Positions 59,381 through 64,000 of a stretch of 64,000 bases of DNA are shown piece by piece (within the stretch, counting starts at the first letter, position 1; every line of letters starts with the position of its first letter). The stretch lies in assembly GCA_045586685.1 (NCBI GenBank), contig JAZNAU010000038.1, positions 1 to 64,000 on the forward strand. Reading direction: 5' to 3'. Under the pieces are notes generated by a model. The model saw nothing but the letters and a program-made list of their open reading frames with translations. It did no database searches and had not been told where the DNA came from. Made by a program: the position numbers and the translations under genes. Origin of the DNA: Clostridia bacterium. GTDB taxonomy: Bacteria; Bacillota; Clostridia; HGM11514.

Positions 59381-59409
59381 ACAGTATGAAAAAAAGGAGA
59401 AGTTTATGA
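59381..59409 (-). promoter_or_regulatory. Sigma-E-like promoter of the AGCS transporter
   Basis: TCATAAA-N14-CATACTGT on the minus strand. Confidence 0.5.
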
Positions 59410-59446
59410 AAAAAAGCCAATGTCAACACGACATCGGCTTTTCGTA

Positions 59447-60058
59447 TTATCTTCTGTCTTTTAGTTCTTTAAATACATCCTCGTAAGAAACTCCCTGTTG
59501 TGCAAGAAGTACAGTCAGGTGATACAACAAATCTGCAGTTTCAGCAGCAATCTCGGCTTTATCGTTATTTTTTGCCGCTAAAATGGTTTCTACACACTCT
59601 TCCCCAACTTTTTTGGCAATCTTATCAATTCCCGCATCCAATAAATAATTGGTATAAGAACCGGGTTGAGGGTTTTGTTGTCTGTCTTGCACCACGTCAT
59701 AGAGTTCTGTAAGCATATTGGCAGTTTCCACACCTGTTTCGTTCCAATTTCCTTCTTCATACTTTCGATAAAAACAGGATTTATTTCCGGTGTGGCAAGC
59801 AGCTCCCGTCTGTTCCACACGAATTAGCAAACAATCACCGTCACAATCAAGTCTTACAGACACCACCTTTTGAATATTTCCGGAGGTATCTCCCTTTCTC
59901 CATCGTTCCTGACGGCTTCTGCTATAAAACACCGTTCTGCCCGTTTCTATGGTTTCTTGTAGGGTTTCTTCATTCATGTAGGCTACCATTAACACCTGAT
60001 CGGTATCATCATCCTGAATGACTGCGGGAATCAATCCGTTCTGATCATAATTTATCAT
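59447..60058 (-). CDS. hisIE: Bifunctional phosphoribosyl-AMP cyclohydrolase / phosphoribosyl-ATP pyrophosphatase
   Basis: YSRSR...W.KG.TSG, DCD.D, ACHTG..SCF, SYT..L, KKVGEE..E, DLLYH. Confidence 0.95.
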   Translation of the reverse strand: MINYDQNGLIPAVIQDDDTDQVLMVAYMNEETLQETIETGRTVFYSRSRQERWRKGDTSGNIQKVVSVRLDCDGDCLLIRVEQTGAACHTGNKSCFYRKYEEGNWNETGVETANMLTELYDVVQDRQQNPQPGSYTNYLLDAGIDKIAKKVGEECVETILAAKNNDKAEIAAETADLLYHLTVLLAQQGVSYEDVFKELKDRR

Positions 60059-60063
60059 ATTCC

Positions 60064-60783
60064 TCATCCTTTCAATTCCTTTACCGCTTCTGTTAAATTG
60101 ATGGTTTTTTGATACAGTGCCTTTCCAATAATAGCACCTGCAGCGCCCGTTTTTTGAATTTCGGCCAAGTCCTCTATTCTTGCAACACCGCCTGAGGCAA
60201 TCACACCAACCTTTGGGACTGCTTGGACCATGGCGGCAAGCCCTTTTACATTGGGACCGCACATCATACCATCTGTATCAATATCGGTGTAAATAATATG
60301 TTTTACACCAATTTGTTCCATTTCTTTTGCAAATGTAACCGCATCCGTATCACTTACCTCAAGCCAACCGGAAACGGCAACCAAACCGTCTTTCGCATCA
60401 ATTCCAACGGCAATTTTTTCCCCGTATTTTTCCACCGCTTGACAAACAAAATCAGGATTTTTCAAAGCGGCAGTGCCTAAAATGGCACGGGCAACCCCCA
60501 TGGAAAAATACCGTTCCAACTGCTCCATAGATCGAATCCCTCCGCCTAATTCCACAGGAATATCCAAGGCATTCACAATATTTTCAATCACAGTAGCATT
60601 TTTTGAAACACCGTCTTTTGCACCGTCCAAATCAACCAGATGCAGAAACTCTCCCCCCATGTTTTGCCACATAAGTGCTGTTTCCACAGGGTTTTCAAAA
60701 TAGACCGTCTTTTGGTCAAAATCTCCTTTTTTCAGTCGCACACAACATCCGTCTTTTAAATCTATTGCAGGATACAGTATCAT
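60064..60783 (-). CDS. hisA: ProFAR isomerase
   Basis: [28 protein letters not shown]...GPN, ASGG. Confidence 0.96.
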   Translation of the reverse strand: MILYPAIDLKDGCCVRLKKGDFDQKTVYFENPVETALMWQNMGGEFLHLVDLDGAKDGVSKNATVIENIVNALDIPVELGGGIRSMEQLERYFSMGVARAILGTAALKNPDFVCQAVEKYGEKIAVGIDAKDGLVAVSGWLEVSDTDAVTFAKEMEQIGVKHIIYTDIDTDGMMCGPNVKGLAAMVQAVPKVGVIASGGVARIEDLAEIQKTGAAGAIIGKALYQKTINLTEAVKELKG

Positions 60784-61415
60784 TCAATCAGTCCTTTCAG
60801 CTTGTTCACAACCTCTAAAATCCGTTCTCGTTCCAGTTTGGCACTGACTCGGTTCACCACCAGCCTTGCAGATAATTCGCAAATGGTTTCCAGCACCTCA
60901 AGACCGTTTTCTTTTAAGGTAGCTCCACTTTCTACAATGTCCACAATGACCTCGCTGAGTCCTACCAAGGGCGCCAACTCTACCGAACCGTTCAATTTAA
61001 TCACTTCAATGGTCTGTCCCTTTTTTATTTGAAAATAATTTTTTGCAATATGAGGATATTTGCTTGCTACACGAAGGTTATGAGAGGAATGTAAGGAATC
61101 TGCCATACTGGGCGGTCCTGCTACAGCCATACGGCAAGCTCCAAATTTCAAATCCAGCATTTCATATAAATTTCTGCCTTCCTCAAGCAAGGTATCCTTT
61201 CCCACAATTCCCATATCTGCTGCACCATATTCTACATAAACAGGAACATCTGATGCTTTTACCAGAATAAATTTGAATTTATGGGTTTCATCCGTAAAAA
61301 TCAGCTTTCTGGTTTTGGTTTTCATTTCAGCGCACTCAAATCCCAACTGTTCAAAAAGGCTGATGGCAAAATCCGCAAGTCGCCCCTTTGCCAATGCTAC
61401 AGTAATATATTTCAT
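60780..61415 (-). CDS. hisG: ATP phosphoribosyltransferase, short form
   Basis: A..KGRL, DVP.YVEYG..D.G..GKD.L.E, GSVELAP..GL...IVDIVE.G.TL..NGL. Confidence 0.96.
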   Translation of the reverse strand: MKYITVALAKGRLADFAISLFEQLGFECAEMKTKTRKLIFTDETHKFKFILVKASDVPVYVEYGAADMGIVGKDTLLEEGRNLYEMLDLKFGACRMAVAGPPSMADSLHSSHNLRVASKYPHIAKNYFQIKKGQTIEVIKLNGSVELAPLVGLSEVIVDIVESGATLKENGLEVLETICELSARLVVNRVSAKLERERILEVVNKLKGLIE

Positions 61416-62635
61416 GCAAGCACGCCTCCTTCCATAAGCTGTTCATTTCCTGATACCATGTCACATTTTGTAATTCCCTTTTCATCACAACGATAAAGGG
61501 CTGGAATTCCTTTTTCTCTTGCGTAATTAACAGGGTCTTCTTCCCCCAAATAGTATTCTGTCCGAATACCGGAGGCTCTTAGCTGTTCAGCAAGACAGCG
61601 TGCTGTTTTACTATCTCTTCCGAACACAAGAGCACCAACGCTTTCTAACTCGCTTACAACACCTTGTCGATACAGAGCATCAGCAAGCAAGTCTAGATAA
61701 AGTGCTGCTCCCGTTGCGGGGCTGTCTTTTCCAAACCGACTCATCAATCCATCATACCGTCCCCCCGCACAAACCTCAAAACCAACGCCACGTGCAAAAC
61801 CCTTAAAAATAATTCCTGTATAATAATCCAAACTTTGCACCATTGCCAAATCAAGAGAAACATAGTCGGATAAACCATATTCTTCCAATATGGTATATAC
61901 TTCCCGCAAGTTTTTAATTGCTGCCTCTGCCCGTTTTCCGGTAGTCAGCTTTTCTGCCTGTTCCAACACTTCTGCACCGCCAAACAAAGAAGGCATCTGC
62001 AAAATCAGCTCTGCCTGTTCAGTAGGAACATTACAGTGATTTAATAATTCCTGTACCCCAAAAATATTTTTTTGGTCAATAAATACTCTGATTTGCTCCG
62101 TAATCTCTGGCTCAAGTCCGGTCTGCTCCATCAGTTCCTTAAATATTTCCACCTGACCGATTTCAATCTGAAACTCCTTCAATCCGCATGCAAGCATACT
62201 GCGGATTGAGGCGGCAATGACCTCGGCATCTGCCTCGGCACCTTTTAAACCAATCAACTCAATTCCCGCTTGAGAGGTTTCACAGGGGCGAATTCCGCCT
62301 TGATAATTACGAAACACTTTACCCGCATAACACAGCTTTTGAATGTCACCGTTCAATTTGGTGGCAGTCAGTCGTGCAAGGGGTGTGGTCAAGTCGGGGC
62401 GAAGAACCAGAATTCTTCCTTCCCGATCAAAAAACTTAATCATCTTTTCCTGAGTCAGTAATCCCTGACCCCCTTCAAACACATCGTAATATTCAATTTC
62501 CGGAGTCGTTACCTCCGTATATCCATATCCGGAAAACACTTGCATCACATCATTTCGCACCTTACGAATCCGATAGGCTTCCCTTTGAAGCAGATCCGAG
62601 GTTCCCTCCGGAGTATGCAGTCTTCTGCTCAGCAT
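61412..62635 (-). CDS. hisZ: ATP phosphoribosyltransferase regulatory subunit
   Basis: HisRS-like: P.G..D, LRPD.T, Q.G.ELIG, YYTG..F, GGRYD.L; precedes short hisG. Confidence 0.94.
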   Translation of the reverse strand: MLSRRLHTPEGTSDLLQREAYRIRKVRNDVMQVFSGYGYTEVTTPEIEYYDVFEGGQGLLTQEKMIKFFDREGRILVLRPDLTTPLARLTATKLNGDIQKLCYAGKVFRNYQGGIRPCETSQAGIELIGLKGAEADAEVIAASIRSMLACGLKEFQIEIGQVEIFKELMEQTGLEPEITEQIRVFIDQKNIFGVQELLNHCNVPTEQAELILQMPSLFGGAEVLEQAEKLTTGKRAEAAIKNLREVYTILEEYGLSDYVSLDLAMVQSLDYYTGIIFKGFARGVGFEVCAGGRYDGLMSRFGKDSPATGAALYLDLLADALYRQGVVSELESVGALVFGRDSKTARCLAEQLRASGIRTEYYLGEEDPVNYAREKGIPALYRCDEKGITKCDMVSGNEQLMEGGVLA

Positions 62636-62655
62636 AATATCTCTCCTTACTTTAT

Positions 62656-62675
62656 TGCTTTATCTAACTAAAGTA
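62656..62675. promoter_or_regulatory. HisR (YerC-type) operator candidate
   Basis: TGCTTTA-N6-TAAAGTA palindrome between the promoter and RBS of hisZ, matching the Firmicutes HisR box pattern CTTTA-N6-TAAAG. Confidence 0.6.
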
Positions 62676-62798
62676 ATTATACTCTATTTTTTTCCCTTTG
62701 TCAAGAGTTTTTTTAAGAAAAATGGATTTTTCCCTTGAAAATAATTGCACATAGTTTTTTTTTATGTTATAATTAAAAGATAGAAAACAAAAAGGGAT

Positions 62799-63962
62799 GT
62801 GAACTCCATGAGATATTTAACCACAGGAGAATCTCACGGCAAGGGGCTGACTGCAGTCATCGATGGTCTTCCCTCTCAGATGCCTGTAAATCTTGAGGAA
62901 ATCAATCATTATATGGCATTACGGCAGACAGGCTACGGACGTGGAGACAGAATGAAGATTGAAACCGATCGAGTTGAATTTTTGTCGGGTGTCAGAGGCG
63001 GTTTTACCACCGGCGGACCTGTTACTATGTGGATTCAAAATAAGGATTACGAAAATTGGGAATGCTATACCAATCCGGTAGAAATAAAAGCGGGCCGTGA
63101 AGTCACCAAGCCACGCCCCGGTCATGCCGATTTGTACGGTGCGCTAAAGTATGGTCATTCGGATATCCGTAATGTGCTGGAACGTGCCAGTGCAAGAGAA
63201 ACAGCCGCACGGGTTGCTGTGGGTGCATTTTGTATGCAATTTTTAAAAGGCTTGGGCATTACTTCTTTTTCCCATGTAACCGCATTGGGAGGTATTTGTT
63301 CCAAAACGGAGTACACTTCTTATGATTTTGCAAATAAGGTTGAAAATTCCCCTGTCCGCTGCGGAGACAAAACCGCATCCAAAAAAATGATGGAAATGAT
63401 TGATAAAGCAAAAGAGGCTGGAGATTCTTTAGGGGGTGTAGTACAGATTGTCATTCGTAACCTTTGCCCCGGCATCGGCAGTTACGTACAATGGGACGAA
63501 AAATTAGATGCAAAGCTTTCTTATGCGTTAATGAGCATTCAGTCAGTAAAGGGAGTTTCCTTTGGTATGGGATTTGATGCAGCATCACTCCCCGGCTCTT
63601 TGGTGCATGATGAAATTTTCTATCATAAACAAGAAGGCTTTACCAAAGAAACCAATCGTGCCGGAGGAATTGAAGGGGGTATGAGCAACGGTCAGGATAT
63701 TGTCATTCAGGTTGCATTAAAGCCCATCCCCACTCTGTATCAGCCTTTAAAAACCGCTGACCTTCTAACAGGAGAACCCTTGACAGCCGCAGTGGAACGA
63801 AGCGACACCTGTGCTGTTCCGGCTGGTTCTATTGTTGCAGAATGTGTAGCTGCTTCTGCCTTGGCAGAAGTTCTTTGCACACAATTCGGTACAGGTTGTT
63901 TTGAAGATTTTAAAGACAGATATCAAAAATTTTCAATACGCACAAAAGGAATCATTGAATAA
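62799..63962 (+). CDS. aroC: Chorismate synthase
   Basis: T.GESHG, PRPGHAD, ERASARETA, N..GG.EGG.SNG, ERSD.CAVP. Confidence 0.97.
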   Translation: MNSMRYLTTGESHGKGLTAVIDGLPSQMPVNLEEINHYMALRQTGYGRGDRMKIETDRVEFLSGVRGGFTTGGPVTMWIQNKDYENWECYTNPVEIKAGREVTKPRPGHADLYGALKYGHSDIRNVLERASARETAARVAVGAFCMQFLKGLGITSFSHVTALGGICSKTEYTSYDFANKVENSPVRCGDKTASKKMMEMIDKAKEAGDSLGGVVQIVIRNLCPGIGSYVQWDEKLDAKLSYALMSIQSVKGVSFGMGFDAASLPGSLVHDEIFYHKQEGFTKETNRAGGIEGGMSNGQDIVIQVALKPIPTLYQPLKTADLLTGEPLTAAVERSDTCAVPAGSIVAECVAASALAEVLCTQFGTGCFEDFKDRYQKFSIRTKGIIE

Positions 63963-64000
63963 AAAAGTGCGGCAGAAGAAAAAACTTCCGCCGCAAAGTG

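Overview
This is a 64-kb stretch of mostly core chromosome from an AT-rich, spore-forming Clostridia-class bacterium, probably a gut MAG. It starts at a contig end that carries an MGI/DNBSEQ adapter artefact (103-185), which duplicates and truncates pgi. In order the window holds: THF-riboswitch folT; a D,D-carboxypeptidase; a galacturonate cluster (GH4, uxaB, uxaA, AraC); an Ile T-box-controlled XRE/cupin-acyl-CoA synthetase fusion; an intact orphan PBSX-type phage terminase; typA, cysK, a GATase-less guaA and dCMP deaminase; a nagB-like/DUF4838/nagA cluster; and two divergent SLH S-layer genes. These are followed by OPT + PqqD, ilvE, a NahK-like kinase + nucleotidyltransferase, coaD/rsmD, pheST with its T-box, sporulation genes next to a bile salt hydrolase-family gene, lepA-hemW, yabE-rsmA, pckG, GH26, a partial his operon and aroC. 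Three tRNAs are present (two Val, one Gln). The two best candidates for undescribed biology are (1) the stand-alone, apparently TerS-fused terminase with its own promoter and palindromic operator but no prophage (domesticated or GTA-like packaging motor) and (2) the Ile T-box on a regulator-fused acyl-CoA ligase resembling a 2-methylbutyrate-activating enzyme (isoleucine synthesis from a branched-chain fatty acid). All family assignments come from recognising motifs by eye; no database searches or folding programs were run.
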